From contig JAVCDH010000003.1 in the NCBI GenBank assembly GCA_030765805.1, positions 5,021 through 69,020 on the forward strand: a stretch of 64,000 bases of DNA. The letters are read 5' to 3'. Positions 45,383 through 56,087 of the stretch are shown here, in pieces. This DNA comes from Candidatus Euphemobacter frigidus. Its GTDB lineage: Bacteria; Auribacterota; Erginobacteria; Erginobacterales; Erginobacteraceae. Within the stretch, counting starts at the first letter, position 1. Each line of letters begins with the position of its first letter. The notes under the pieces are model-generated. The model was not told the DNA's origin. It saw only the letters and a list, made by a program, of their open reading frames with translations, and did not search any database. The position numbers were made by a program, and so were the translations under genes.

Positions 45383-47119
45383 ATGGTTGATAAAGAATAT
45401 CTTGACCGGTATCGTCACAGCGTGGCCCATGTCATGGCCCAGGCTGTAAAATGCCTCTTTCCCGACGTAAAACTGGGGATCGGCCCCCCGATTGAGGACG
45501 GATTTTATTACGATTTCGATCTGAAAGAAACACTCTCTCCGGAGATATTCAACCGAATCGAAGAAGAGATGCGGAGAATCATCGATGAGGACTATTCTTT
45601 TGAACGGGAAGAACTGACGTATCAAGAAGCGAAAGCGCTCTTTAAAGAAAGAGCTGAAGATTATAAATTAGAACTGCTGGAGAGATTAAAAGACGAGACA
45701 ATCAGCGTCTACCGGGATGGAGATTTTCTTGATCTCTGCCGGGGACCGCACCTGGAAAGCACCGGGAAGATCAAAGCCTTCAAGCTCCTCAGTGTAGCCG
45801 GCGCTTACTGGAAAGGTGATGAACAGCGTCCGATGCTCCAGCGAATCTACGCGACGGCGTTTCCGGACAAAAAAGCCCTCCGGCGGTATCTTGCGGCAGT
45901 CGAGGATGCGAAAAAACGAGATCATCGCAAGCTCGGCCGTGAGATGGACCTCTTCAGTTTTCACGATGAGGCCCCGGGCGCCCCTTTTTTTCATCCCCTG
46001 GGGGTTGTTCTCTACCGTACCTTGCTTGACTATTGGCGGGAGGTTCATCGCAAAGCCGGCTATCGGGAGATAATGACCCCGCTTATTCTTCGTGAGGAAC
46101 TCTGGCACCAAAGCGGGCACTGGGAACATTACCGGGACCACATGTATTTGAGCGTGGTTGGAGAACAGACGTTCGCGGTCAAACCGATGAACTGCCCCGG
46201 CACCCTCCTGTTCTACAAGGAGAGACAGCATTCCTACCGGGAGTTCCCCCTCAAGATTGCTGAACTGGGACGGGTTCATCGCCGGGAGTTGACCGGCGTG
46301 CTGCACGGCCTCTTCCGGGTCCAGAGTTTTATTATCGATGACGCCCATATCTTCTGTCTGCCGGAACAGATCAAGGATGAAATCGCAAAAGTTACCGAGC
46401 TGATCCTCGCAATCTACCGGACGGTCGGCTTTGATGAATTCCAGATTGAGATATCCACCCGTCCGGAGTCGTCGATCGGGAGCGATGAAGACTGGGAACT
46501 CGCGACCCGTAGCCTCCGGGAAGCGCTCGATGAAAACGGCATCGACTACACGATCAGTGAAGGAGAGGGGGCTTTCTACGGCCCGAAGATAGATTTTCAT
46601 ATCAAGGACTGTCTGAAGCGAACCCATCAATGCGGGACCATTCAGCTTGATTTTTCCATGCCCGAACGCTTTAACCTGGAGTATGTGGGAAAGGATGGAC
46701 GTAAACACCGGCCGGTTATGATCCACCGGGCGGCTTTTGGATCGGTGGAACGGTTTTTAGCTATTCTGCTCGAGCATTATGATGGAGAACTTCCACTCTG
46801 GCTGGCGCCGGTTCAGGCAATCGTGCTGCCGATCTCGGAAAAATTCGTTCAATATGCTCAGACCATAAGTGATCGACTGGAGGAAGCGGGCATCCGGGTC
46901 ATACTGGACACACGCAATGAGAAGATCGGCTATAAAATTCGTTCCGCCCGGCTCCGAAAAATCCCTTATATGCTGGTGGTGGGCCACTCGGAGATGGAAT
47001 CGGGGACGGTCGCGGTCCGAATGTTAAGAGGAGGGCAAGCCGGGGAATGGAAGATCGAAAAATGTATTGAGATATTAAAAGAAGAGATCAAAGATCGAGG
47101 TAGGAGCAAGTCCGGGTAA
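45383..47119 (+). CDS. thrS: Threonine--tRNA ligase
   Basis: HSVAH, DLCRGPH, RDHRKLG, KPMNCP, AFYGPKIDF, IHRA.FGS.ERF. Confidence 0.97.
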   Translation: MVDKEYLDRYRHSVAHVMAQAVKCLFPDVKLGIGPPIEDGFYYDFDLKETLSPEIFNRIEEEMRRIIDEDYSFEREELTYQEAKALFKERAEDYKLELLERLKDETISVYRDGDFLDLCRGPHLESTGKIKAFKLLSVAGAYWKGDEQRPMLQRIYATAFPDKKALRRYLAAVEDAKKRDHRKLGREMDLFSFHDEAPGAPFFHPLGVVLYRTLLDYWREVHRKAGYREIMTPLILREELWHQSGHWEHYRDHMYLSVVGEQTFAVKPMNCPGTLLFYKERQHSYREFPLKIAELGRVHRRELTGVLHGLFRVQSFIIDDAHIFCLPEQIKDEIAKVTELILAIYRTVGFDEFQIEISTRPESSIGSDEDWELATRSLREALDENGIDYTISEGEGAFYGPKIDFHIKDCLKRTHQCGTIQLDFSMPERFNLEYVGKDGRKHRPVMIHRAAFGSVERFLAILLEHYDGELPLWLAPVQAIVLPISEKFVQYAQTISDRLEEAGIRVILDTRNEKIGYKIRSARLRKIPYMLVVGHSEMESGTVAVRMLRGGQAGEWKIEKCIEILKEEIKDRGRSKSG

Positions 47120-47239
47120 TGTGATTTTTACGTTGAACTGTTCTCAAAGGATTGTAATATATCCAAAGAGTTCATAAGAACAGCAAGTTAAATTAGCCCC
47201 GCCAGGGGCCGGGCTAATTTATAAAGGAGGTGATCCGCT

Positions 47240-47764
47240 ATTCGAAGAGATATATTTATTAACAAGGACATCCGGGCCAATAAAGTCAGAGCCATCGATA
47301 CCGATGGAACTCAGTTGGGAATCCTGCTCATATCCGAAGCACTGAAATTAGCCGAAGAACGAGGACTTGACCTGGTCTGCGTGGCACCCAGGTCAATCCC
47401 TCCGGTCTGCCGTATTCTTGATTACGGGAAATATAAGTACGAGCTGAACAAGCGGGATAGAGAGAGCAAGAAGCAGCAGTATATCAGTAGATTGAAGGAG
47501 ATCAAGCTGAAAGCCCGGATCGGAGAGCATGACTATCAGGTTAAATTACGGAAGGCGATAGAATTTCTGGAGCGGGGCGATAAGCTGAGATTAACCCTGA
47601 CTTTCCGAGGACGCGAGATGATCCGCCAGGATTTGGGACGCCAGATGCTGGAGCGAATGATCGAGGATCTGAAGGAATATGGTCATCTGGAAGGTAATTC
47701 CCGGATGATGGGCCGACGTCTGGCGGTTGTTTTATGCCCTACTCATTCGCATCATAGGGAATAG
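47240..47764 (+). CDS. infC: Translation initiation factor IF-3 (ATT start)
   Basis: AAGGAGGTG then in-frame ATT at 47240; IN..IRA..VR.ID.DG.QLG, PPVCRILDYGKYKYE, FRGRE. Confidence 0.95.
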   Translation: MRRDIFINKDIRANKVRAIDTDGTQLGILLISEALKLAEERGLDLVCVAPRSIPPVCRILDYGKYKYELNKRDRESKKQQYISRLKEIKLKARIGEHDYQVKLRKAIEFLERGDKLRLTLTFRGREMIRQDLGRQMLERMIEDLKEYGHLEGNSRMMGRRLAVVLCPTHSHHRE

Positions 47765-47953
47765 CAAGCGGGGGTATCTTCAAAACCTATCGATATTTTT
47801 CCCAGCTGTGACCCGGGTCGTAATAACCGGCTTGGTAAAAACAAACCGGCGCCCGAACTAACTCTCCCAATGTGCCGGTGGTTTTGTATCTATTTCCCAA
47901 CCCTATTTTTATTGTGTTTTAACCTAAATTGAAATTATAAGGGAAGACAAATT

Positions 47954-48148
47954 ATGCCAAAGATAAAAACTAGAAAAGGAATCCGGAAGAGATTTAAAGT
48001 TTCCAAACAGGGGAAGGTGCAATTTCGACGTTCAGGCAAAAGCCACCTTCTTACCACTAAAAGCCGGAAACGGAAAAGAAAATTGAGGACTACCGATGTA
48101 CTGACCGGATCAACGGCGAAAAATATCAAGCGCCTCCTTCAATCTTAA
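47954..48148 (+). CDS. rpmI: 50S ribosomal protein L35 (bL35)
   Basis: MPKIKTRKG..KRFK....GK......GKSHLL. Confidence 0.96.
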   Translation: MPKIKTRKGIRKRFKVSKQGKVQFRRSGKSHLLTTKSRKRKRKLRTTDVLTGSTAKNIKRLLQS

Positions 48149-48154
48149 TTTTCT

Positions 48155-48213
48155 GTCGACCTTTAGGTCGACAGCTACGACATCAATTACTACTGCCCCG
48201 CCGGGACGGGGCT
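48155..48213. repeat. GTAG-type REP element between rpmI and rplT
   Basis: GTCGACCTTTAGGTCGAC-AGCTAC-GACATC...GCCCCGCCGGGACGGGGC; same family as 7742. Confidence 0.7.
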
Positions 48214-48234
48214 AAATTCTAACGAGGAAAGATC

Positions 48235-48582
48235 ATGACCAAAGTCAAGACAGCGCCAGCCAGCCATCAGCGCAGGAAGAAAATACGAAAACAGGCTAAA
48301 GGATTTCGAGGTGGAAGGAGTAAACTTCACCGCACCGCCCGTGAAGCCGTCATGCGATCGATGGCGGAAGCGTATCGCGGACGCAAACTGAGAAAACGGG
48401 ACTTTCGCTCTCTCTGGATAACCCGGATCAGAGCTGGTGTAAACCGGGAAGGAATATCCTATTCCCGATTTATGGGAATGCTCGGCAAGTCGGATGTCTC
48501 TATTAATCGTAAGATCCTGGCCGATCTGGCCGCCCAACATCCCGATGTCTTTAGCCAGCTAGTGCAATCAGTTGTAAAATAA
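48235..48582 (+). CDS. rplT: 50S ribosomal protein L20 (bL20)
   Basis: AKGFRGGRS, AYRGRKLRKRDFRSLWITRI, NRKILADLA. Confidence 0.97.
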   Translation: MTKVKTAPASHQRRKKIRKQAKGFRGGRSKLHRTAREAVMRSMAEAYRGRKLRKRDFRSLWITRIRAGVNREGISYSRFMGMLGKSDVSINRKILADLAAQHPDVFSQLVQSVVK

Positions 48583-48608
48583 AATTTTTCCCCTGGAAAA
48601 ATTTTCCG

Positions 48609-49628
48609 ATGGAAGAAAAACTTCGTAATATTGCGAGAGAGGCTCAGGGTGAACTGGACGGAGTCGACAACCTGGTGAATCTTGAAGCTCTGCGAACCGC
48701 CTATCTGGGGCGCAAAGGCAGATTGATATATCTCATCCGTTCAATTGGGAAGCTTCCACCCGATAAGCGGCCCCGGATGGGGAAGATGGCTAACCGGTTG
48801 AAGGTCGAGCTCCAGAGCAGCTTTGACTACGTCAAAGATAATCTGCTGGAGCGGGAGAGGGAGAAGAAGATCCGGGAAGAGGCGATCGATGTCACTCTCC
48901 CCGGTATTTCTTTCCACCGGGGCCGAAGACATCCGATCACCGCGACTCTTGATGAGATTATTGATATTTTTTCCGGTCTGGGATTTAAGCTGGAGAAGGG
49001 TCCCGAGATAGAGTCGGAATACAATAATTTCGACGCCCTGAACATGTCGGCCGATCATCCGGCCCGGGATATGCATGATACCCTCTATCTCCGTCCGGGG
49101 GTTCTGCTTAGAACCCACACCTCTCCGGTTCAGATCAGAACCATGAAAAAGCAAAAACCGCCACTCAGAATGATCTGCGCCGGAAAATCCTTCCGCGCCG
49201 ATACGGCGGATGCCTCACATTCACCCATGTTTCATCAACTGGAAGGCTTGATGGTCGACCGGAACGTAACGCTGGCTGATCTCAAAGGGATCCTGACGAG
49301 GTTTGTTCATCAGTTCTTTGGAGAGAAGATCAAGTTGCGTTTCCGCCCCAGTTTCTTCCCTTTTACCGAACCCAGCGCGGAGGTAGATATCTCCTGCGTT
49401 GTCTGCAACGGGGAAGGGTGCCCGCTCTGTTCCCAGCGTGGGTGGTTGGAGATCCTGGGGGCGGGGATGGTCGATCCTGAAGTATTCAAGGAGGTTGGAT
49501 ATGATGCCGAACGCTACACTGGTTTTGCCTTCGGGATGGGGATCGAGCGGATCGCCATGCTTAAATACGGGATCAATGATATCCGCCTCTTCTTTGAGAA
49601 CGATCTGCGCTTTTTGCATCAATTTTAA
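48609..49628 (+). CDS. pheS: Phenylalanine--tRNA ligase alpha subunit
   Basis: HPARDMHDT, LRTHTSPVQ, FRPSFFPFTEPS, GFAFGMGIER. Confidence 0.97.
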   Translation: MEEKLRNIAREAQGELDGVDNLVNLEALRTAYLGRKGRLIYLIRSIGKLPPDKRPRMGKMANRLKVELQSSFDYVKDNLLEREREKKIREEAIDVTLPGISFHRGRRHPITATLDEIIDIFSGLGFKLEKGPEIESEYNNFDALNMSADHPARDMHDTLYLRPGVLLRTHTSPVQIRTMKKQKPPLRMICAGKSFRADTADASHSPMFHQLEGLMVDRNVTLADLKGILTRFVHQFFGEKIKLRFRPSFFPFTEPSAEVDISCVVCNGEGCPLCSQRGWLEILGAGMVDPEVFKEVGYDAERYTGFAFGMGIERIAMLKYGINDIRLFFENDLRFLHQF

Positions 49629-49764
49629 ATTGTTACTGTTTCGGAATTTCAAAACAGCTCAGGAAAGCAGGAATACAGGAGGATAAATTATATAAAATTT
49701 TCCTGATTTCTTGCTTTCCTAAGATATAAAGTTGCCCGAGCCGAAGGCGAGGGCTAAGTTCTAC

Positions 49765-52170
49765 ATGAAAGTTAGTTACAACTGGCTGAAAGAATTTGTC
49801 ACCATTGATCTTGAGCCCGATCTCCTGGCCGAGAAACTGACCCTCTCCGGCGCCGAAGTCGAGAGAGTTGAGAAGATCCGCCCTTTATTTGCCGGGGTCG
49901 TCGTGGGCCGGATTGTCTCCGTCGAGCCGGATGAGAAAGAGCAGAACCGGACCTGGTGCCGGGTGGATATCGGCTCCAGAGAGATAACAACTCTCTGCGC
50001 GGCTCCCAACACCTTGAAAGGGCTCCTCACCGCCGTGGCGCTTCCGGGCGTCACCCTCCCCGGGGGCTATACGGTTGAAGCTAAAAAGATCGAGGGGCGA
50101 TTCTCTGAAGCCGTCCTCTGTTCGGAGAAAGAACTTGATCTAAGCGACAACTCCAGCGCCATCCTCGAACTCCCTTCAACATTCACTCCGGGGCAGGAGC
50201 TGGCCGAAGCCCTAAAATTGGAGGACTATATCCTGGATATAGATGTTACCCCGAACCGGCCTGATCTGCTGAGCATCCGGGGGGTCGCCCGGGATATTGC
50301 CGCGCTGACCGGCCGGAAGCTGCGAAAGATCACTCTTCGTCTGAAAGAGATCGGTCCTCCAATTGAAGACAATGCCGCAGTTACAGTCAGAGCTTATCGA
50401 CTCTGTCCCCGATACTGTGCCCGCCTGATCCGGGGGGTGGCGATTAAAAAGAGTCCGTTTCGAATTCGACGCCGTCTTACGTTATGCGGAATCAAACCGG
50501 TCAATAACGTAGTCGACGCCACCAACTATCTGCTGCTGGAACTGGGGCAACCCCTTCACGCGTTTGATCACGAAAGGCTGGCCGAGGGGAAGATCATTGT
50601 CCGTCGAGCCCGGCCCGGTGAGCGGATCATGACCATCGACGGAGAAGAGCGACAACTCTCTTCCCCGATGCTGGTTATCGCCGACGCGGAAAAACCGGTG
50701 GCGGTGGCCGGTGTAATGGGGGGAATCTCAACGGAGATCAGCGATTACACTTCCATGGTATTACTGGAGAGCGCTTACTTCGACCCGATCAGTATCCGGC
50801 GCACTTCCCGCGCGCTGGGCTTGAGCACGGAAGCGTCACGACGTTTTGAGCGTGGAGTGGATCCTCGGGCTGTTCCTCTCGCCCTCGACCGGGCGTCCGC
50901 CCTTATTCTTGAATTGGCCGGCGGTAAGATCGCGTCGGGGGTCATCGATAAAAAAAGACGGGCCTTCAAGAATATATCCGTCTCCATCCGGCGATCCCGG
51001 ACGGAGCAGCTTCTGGGATACCCTTTAACTTCCGGGGAGATAACATATTCTCTTAACGGACTGGGTCTGGAGACGGAGAAGAAAGGAGAGGATTGGCTTA
51101 CGTTTAAGATTCCATCCTGGCGCCCGGATCTGACCAGGGAGGTAGATCTGATCGAGGAGGTCGCCCGACTTACCGGTTTTGACAGGATTCCCGCCGTGAT
51201 GTCGGTCAATCGAATCACTTATCAGCCCAAAACCGCTGAACAGAAAATATTGGACCAGATCCGGGAAATTCTTTGCGGCCTGGGTTTAGACGAGGTAATT
51301 ACCTATAGTTTTATGGAGACAAAATCATTTGACCGGCTCCATATTCCCCTCGTCCATCCACTTCGCCGGGCTTGCGAGATCGCGAACCCGGTCAATAAGG
51401 CGCAGGGACTGCTCCGGACCACTCTCATCCCCGGTTTGCTGGAGATCATGGAACGAAATATGAACCAGAAGGCGGATCAGGTAAATATCTTCGAACTGGG
51501 GAATGTTTTCACGGAACGCTCCAGATCGAAAATGCCGACCGAGAGAATGTTTCTTTCATTGGCTCTTTCACGACGATCGGATACGTCCGATTGGTGCCGT
51601 CCGGAGCCTACCCTTGATTTTTACACCCTAAAAGGCATCCTGGAAATATTGGGAAAGCGGTTGGGGGGGGCAGAGATCACATTTCAACCCGTGGATCTTC
51701 CAGTCTTCCAATCCGGCCAGAACGCCCGGTTGATGATGGGAGAAAAAATAGTTGGTATCGCGGGAACGGTTGGTGGGGCGATTCTTGAGAGTTATTCACT
51801 TTCCGCACCCGTTTATCTGGCGGAACTGGAGGTCAGCCCCTTCCTGAAAGCGGGGAGCTGGACGGCACGTTTTCAAAATCTTGATCAGTATCCGTCCGTT
51901 CGACGAGACATGGCACTTGTTGTGGATAAATCGGTTCTCTACGCGACGATAAGGAAGGCAATTGAAACCCACCGCCCCGAACTTCTGGAAGAATACATCC
52001 TCTTTGATCTTTACGAGGGAAACCCGCTCCCCAAAGGCAAAAAAAGTTTTGCCTTTCGCTTGAAATATTGTTCATCATATGATACTCTTTGTGAAACAAC
52101 AGTAAATAAGATGCACCGGGCGTTTCAGGAAGCATTGGTTTCCGCGCTTGGTTGCAGTTTTAGAGAATAA
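49765..52170 (+). CDS. pheT: Phenylalanine--tRNA ligase beta subunit
   Basis: MKVSYNWLKEF, TPNRPD, NNVVDATNY, GQPLHAFD, RFERGVD, DLIEEVAR, GKKSFA. Confidence 0.96.
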   Translation: MKVSYNWLKEFVTIDLEPDLLAEKLTLSGAEVERVEKIRPLFAGVVVGRIVSVEPDEKEQNRTWCRVDIGSREITTLCAAPNTLKGLLTAVALPGVTLPGGYTVEAKKIEGRFSEAVLCSEKELDLSDNSSAILELPSTFTPGQELAEALKLEDYILDIDVTPNRPDLLSIRGVARDIAALTGRKLRKITLRLKEIGPPIEDNAAVTVRAYRLCPRYCARLIRGVAIKKSPFRIRRRLTLCGIKPVNNVVDATNYLLLELGQPLHAFDHERLAEGKIIVRRARPGERIMTIDGEERQLSSPMLVIADAEKPVAVAGVMGGISTEISDYTSMVLLESAYFDPISIRRTSRALGLSTEASRRFERGVDPRAVPLALDRASALILELAGGKIASGVIDKKRRAFKNISVSIRRSRTEQLLGYPLTSGEITYSLNGLGLETEKKGEDWLTFKIPSWRPDLTREVDLIEEVARLTGFDRIPAVMSVNRITYQPKTAEQKILDQIREILCGLGLDEVITYSFMETKSFDRLHIPLVHPLRRACEIANPVNKAQGLLRTTLIPGLLEIMERNMNQKADQVNIFELGNVFTERSRSKMPTERMFLSLALSRRSDTSDWCRPEPTLDFYTLKGILEILGKRLGGAEITFQPVDLPVFQSGQNARLMMGEKIVGIAGTVGGAILESYSLSAPVYLAELEVSPFLKAGSWTARFQNLDQYPSVRRDMALVVDKSVLYATIRKAIETHRPELLEEYILFDLYEGNPLPKGKKSFAFRLKYCSSYDTLCETTVNKMHRAFQEALVSALGCSFRE

Positions 52171-52185
52171 AACACATTTAACTAT

Positions 52186-52475
52186 CCGGCAACGGATTAG
52201 ATAATTACCTGGACCTGGTTGTTTGTCTGTCAGAGCTATATGTCCAGGCTGAAAAGCAAGGCATTGTTCAATTATTCGGGAATATTATTCAGCACATCTT
52301 TTATTGCTGATTTCGTTCTATATTAGTTACTGGTAAAGGTCGGGAACGTGAGTGGGACCATAATAAAAGCGAAATGCGCAGTTGGAACATAATCGGATAA
52401 GATAGTACTCATCTCTCCGTCCCTTCACGTCCACTTTACCGGGATATGCCTTGCCCCAACCAGTCTTGTTGCCGG
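52186..52475 (+). ncRNA. Candidate structured RNA or MITE (unassigned)
   Basis: Nested complementary pairs spanning the whole pheT-rarA intergenic region; see findings. Confidence 0.35.
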
Positions 52476-52488
52476 CCGGGCATTTTTT

Positions 52489-53811
52489 ATGGACCTTTTT
52501 CAAGACCATCCGACCCAATTCAGGTCGCCGCGCGCTCCCCTCGCGTTCCGGATACGTCCCCGCACCCTCTCCGAGATGATCGGACAGGAAGACCTCCTTG
52601 GCAACGGCAGTCTGCTTCGTCGGCTGATCGAAGAGGATCGTATCCAGTCCGCCATCTTCTTCGGGCCGCCCGGCTCCGGCAAGACAAGCCTGGTAAATAT
52701 AATTGGTTCTATCACGAGTTCTCATTTTATTACGATCAGCGCCGTTACCTCAAATGTCGCCCGAATCAAGGAGATAATTGCCGGCGCTCGAAATCGTCTG
52801 GCCAACACGGGAAAGTCGACCTTGCTTTTTGTGGATGAATTCCATCGATTCAATCGCGCCCAGCAGGAAGTACTCCTCCCTCATATCGAAGATGGAACCA
52901 TAGCGTTTATCGGTCTTACCACCAGCAACCCATTCCACGCCATGGCCCCCGCGCTCCTCTCCCGATCACAACTATTCCAGTTCCCGGCTCTCTCACCGGA
53001 TTCAATTGCGGAGATCCTCCAGCGGGCCCTGACTGACCCGGACCGGGGATTGGGAAATTACTCCTCCGCGGTTTCGGAAGAGGCTATCGCCTGGTTGGCG
53101 CAGTACTGTGAGGGTGACGCGCGGCGAGGCCTCAATATTCTGGAGCTGGCGATAGTAACCACGCCGCCCGGGGAGGCCGGGAAAATAATCATTACGGCGG
53201 AGATCATGGCCGGAGCCGCGCAGGAAAAGCTTGTTTCCTACGATCGGAATGGGGATGAACACTACAATACAATCTCGGCCTTTATCAAGAGTGTGCGGGG
53301 AAGCGATCCGGACGCGGCTCTCTACTGGCTGGCCAAGATGATCCGGGGCGGCGAAGACTATCGTTTTCTCGCGCGTCGTCTGATTATTCTTGCTTCCGAG
53401 GATATCGGAAACGCCGATCCCCATGCCCTGACCCTGGCGGTAGATGCCGCTCAAGCGGTGGAGTTCGTCGGAACGCCGGAAGGGCAACTGGCCCTGGCCC
53501 AGGCGACCACCTATCTGGCATCCGCTCCCAAGAGCAATGCTTCCTACCTGGGCCTCAAGAAAGCCTTAAGAGATATTGATAAAAAACCCCTCCAGGCCGT
53601 TCCCTCACATTTGAAGAACGTCCCGCACCGGGATGGGGGTGCGGCGAGTGAGGAGAAACCCTATCTCTCCCCCCACAGATACCCCGGGGGGTGGGTAAAA
53701 CAGGATTACCTGAAGATCAAGAGGCAATATTATTATCCCACCGATCGCGGTTATGAAGCGGTGATCAAAAAGAGAATGAAGTTGCTCAGGTCCAATCAGA
53801 CGGGACTCTAA
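52489..53811 (+). CDS. rarA: Replication-associated recombination protein A (RarA/MgsA)
   Basis: PLA.RIRP, GPPGSGKT, DEFHRFN, ISAFIKSVRGSDPDA, ASEDIGNADP, PKSNA. Confidence 0.95.
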   Translation: MDLFQDHPTQFRSPRAPLAFRIRPRTLSEMIGQEDLLGNGSLLRRLIEEDRIQSAIFFGPPGSGKTSLVNIIGSITSSHFITISAVTSNVARIKEIIAGARNRLANTGKSTLLFVDEFHRFNRAQQEVLLPHIEDGTIAFIGLTTSNPFHAMAPALLSRSQLFQFPALSPDSIAEILQRALTDPDRGLGNYSSAVSEEAIAWLAQYCEGDARRGLNILELAIVTTPPGEAGKIIITAEIMAGAAQEKLVSYDRNGDEHYNTISAFIKSVRGSDPDAALYWLAKMIRGGEDYRFLARRLIILASEDIGNADPHALTLAVDAAQAVEFVGTPEGQLALAQATTYLASAPKSNASYLGLKKALRDIDKKPLQAVPSHLKNVPHRDGGAASEEKPYLSPHRYPGGWVKQDYLKIKRQYYYPTDRGYEAVIKKRMKLLRSNQTGL

Positions 53812-54444
53812 ATGATGAAGAAGAGCATCAGAACCAGATTGCTCGGGATCCGGAACTCACTCTCCGCCGAGGAGATACACTCAAAAAGCCGGGTCATTGC
53901 GAGGAGACTGTTTGGAATCCCGACTTTCCGGGAGACGCGAACGGTTATGTTCTACGTCTCTTACGGCAGCGAGGTCGACACCCACCAAATGCTCAAGGAG
54001 GCCCTCCGGAAAGGACTGCGGGTGGCGGTTCCTCTCACCCAGCGCGAGAGCAAGCGATTGCTTTCAGTGCTCATCCAGGAACCCGACCGGGATCTCTTCC
54101 CCGGTTTCAAAGAGATCCCGGAACCGGATCTAAAACGATCGGTTGAACTACGGCCGACCGAACTGGATCTGGTTATCGTCCCCGGGGTGGCTTTCGATCC
54201 AATAGGGAACCGCCTGGGCATGGGAAAGGCTTATTATGACGATTTTCTCAAGTCGATCCGCCCATCGGCCGTAAAGATTGGTCTGGCCTTTGAATGCCAG
54301 ATTGTCGAGAAGATCCCCCCGGCCTATCATGATGTCGCGATGGATAAGATAATCACGGAAAAACGGGTGATCGACTGCACCTTGAACAAACCTGATTCAA
54401 AATTTAGATCGGTAGATCAGATAAAAAAACAGCAATACAGCTAA
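53812..54444 (+). CDS. 5-formyltetrahydrofolate cyclo-ligase
   Basis: [38 protein letters not shown]. Confidence 0.93.
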   Translation: MMKKSIRTRLLGIRNSLSAEEIHSKSRVIARRLFGIPTFRETRTVMFYVSYGSEVDTHQMLKEALRKGLRVAVPLTQRESKRLLSVLIQEPDRDLFPGFKEIPEPDLKRSVELRPTELDLVIVPGVAFDPIGNRLGMGKAYYDDFLKSIRPSAVKIGLAFECQIVEKIPPAYHDVAMDKIITEKRVIDCTLNKPDSKFRSVDQIKKQQYS

Positions 54445-54461
54445 AGAGCGAGGGGTTAACA

Positions 54462-56024
54462 ATGAATAATACACTGGAATATATAATACCCGCCGTCTGC
54501 GGTGTGATTGGTATCGGTATCGGCATCGGGTTCTATGCATTCTGGGCGACACAAAAGTTGAATTCCACCACTCAGCGGGCGAAAAAAGTTATGGAAGATG
54601 CTGATCGCGAGGTTATCGCCAAGCGAAAAGAACTTGCCATTCAGGTCAAGGAGGAACTCTACCAAACCCGGGCCCGTTTTGAGAAGGAGACGAAAGAACA
54701 GCGGCGGGAATTAAAGAACGCGGAGAAACGGATTCGTGGGCGGGAAGCGAATATAGAGCGAAAACTAAACTTCCTGGAACGGAGGGAGAGCAAGATTCAA
54801 GAAAAAGAACGGCATTTCAAAGAGCGGGAACGAAGATTTGAACAGAAAGAAGAACAGATGCGGGGGTTATTGGATAAACAACAGATCAAGCTTCAACAAA
54901 TTTCCGGGCTAAGCCGGGAAGAAGCGAAAAATATCCTGCTGGCTTCCCTTCGGGAGGAGGCGGAGCGGAGTGCGGGGCTTTTAAGTCGGCAGATAGAGGC
55001 GGAAGCGCGGGACAAAGCGGAGAAGGAAGCCCGTAAGATCATCACTCTCGCCATCCAGCGCTACGCATCCGACCAGGTCTCCGAGATAACTGTCTCGACC
55101 GTCTCTTTGCCTAATGATGAGATGAAAGGGAGGATTATCGGACGGGAAGGACGGAATATCCGCGCGTTTCAGGCGGCAACCGGGGTGGATATTATCGTTG
55201 ATGACACGCCGGAGGTGGTAGTTCTCTCCGGCTTTGACCCGGTCCGGCGGGAGATCGCCCGAGTCTCGCTGAAGAAGCTGATTAGCGACGGGCGTATCCA
55301 CCCCCCCCGGATCGAGGAGATCGTAAAAAAGTCCGGCCAGGAGATCGAGCGAACAATCCGGGAAGCCGGAGAGCGGGCTGCCTTCGATGTGGGAGTACAC
55401 GGATTGAAACCCGATCTCATCAAGATCCTGGGGAGGCTCCGCTTTCGAACCAGCTACGGACAGAATGTCCTCTCCCATTCCCGGGAAGTCGCTTTTATCA
55501 TGGGAATAATGGCCTCGGAATTGCATCTCGATATCCAGACGGCCAAAAAGATCGGCTTGCTTCATGATATCGGTAAAGCGGTCGATCACGAAGTGGAAGG
55601 GCCCCACGCTCAGATCGGCGCCAACCTGGCGAAGAAATACGGTCTCCCTCAGGTCATCGTCCATGCCATCGCCGCTCACCATGGCGAGGTAGAACCACAG
55701 TCAGTCTTCGATGTCCTGGGGCAGGCCGGTGATGCGATCTCCGCGGCGCGACCCGGCGCCAGGTCGGAAACCATGGGGGGATATATCAAACGCCTGGAAA
55801 AACTGGAAGAACTGGCTCTCTCATTTCACGGGGTCAAGAAAGCCTACGCTATCCAGGCCGGACGGGAGGTCCGGGTTATGGTCGAGCCGGATAAAGTAGG
55901 TGATAACGAAACCGTTCATATCGCCCGCAATATCAGCAAGCGGATTGAAGAAGAGATGGACTATCCCGGCCAGGTAAAAGTGACGGTCCTGAGAGAGACG
56001 AGGGCGGTGGAGTATGCGAAATGA
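54462..56024 (+). CDS. rny: Ribonuclease Y
   Basis: N-terminal TM, coiled coil, KH ([14 protein letters not shown]), HD (LLHDIGK), AIQAGRE. Confidence 0.97.
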   Translation: MNNTLEYIIPAVCGVIGIGIGIGFYAFWATQKLNSTTQRAKKVMEDADREVIAKRKELAIQVKEELYQTRARFEKETKEQRRELKNAEKRIRGREANIERKLNFLERRESKIQEKERHFKERERRFEQKEEQMRGLLDKQQIKLQQISGLSREEAKNILLASLREEAERSAGLLSRQIEAEARDKAEKEARKIITLAIQRYASDQVSEITVSTVSLPNDEMKGRIIGREGRNIRAFQAATGVDIIVDDTPEVVVLSGFDPVRREIARVSLKKLISDGRIHPPRIEEIVKKSGQEIERTIREAGERAAFDVGVHGLKPDLIKILGRLRFRTSYGQNVLSHSREVAFIMGIMASELHLDIQTAKKIGLLHDIGKAVDHEVEGPHAQIGANLAKKYGLPQVIVHAIAAHHGEVEPQSVFDVLGQAGDAISAARPGARSETMGGYIKRLEKLEELALSFHGVKKAYAIQAGREVRVMVEPDKVGDNETVHIARNISKRIEEEMDYPGQVKVTVLRETRAVEYAK

Positions 56025-56087
56025 AGTCGAAAGTGAGCTAAAGTTCGAAGTGACTAAAGTTGGAAGTGAACTAAATATATATCCAAT

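Noticed and set aside
47765-47953. L20 autoregulatory leader between infC and rpmI
   Set aside because: A hairpin (ACCGGC/GCCGGT) is present but I could not match the L20-binding motif.
52186-52475. RNase P, tmRNA, SRP or T-box annotation
   Set aside because: Their conserved sequence motifs were not found on either strand.
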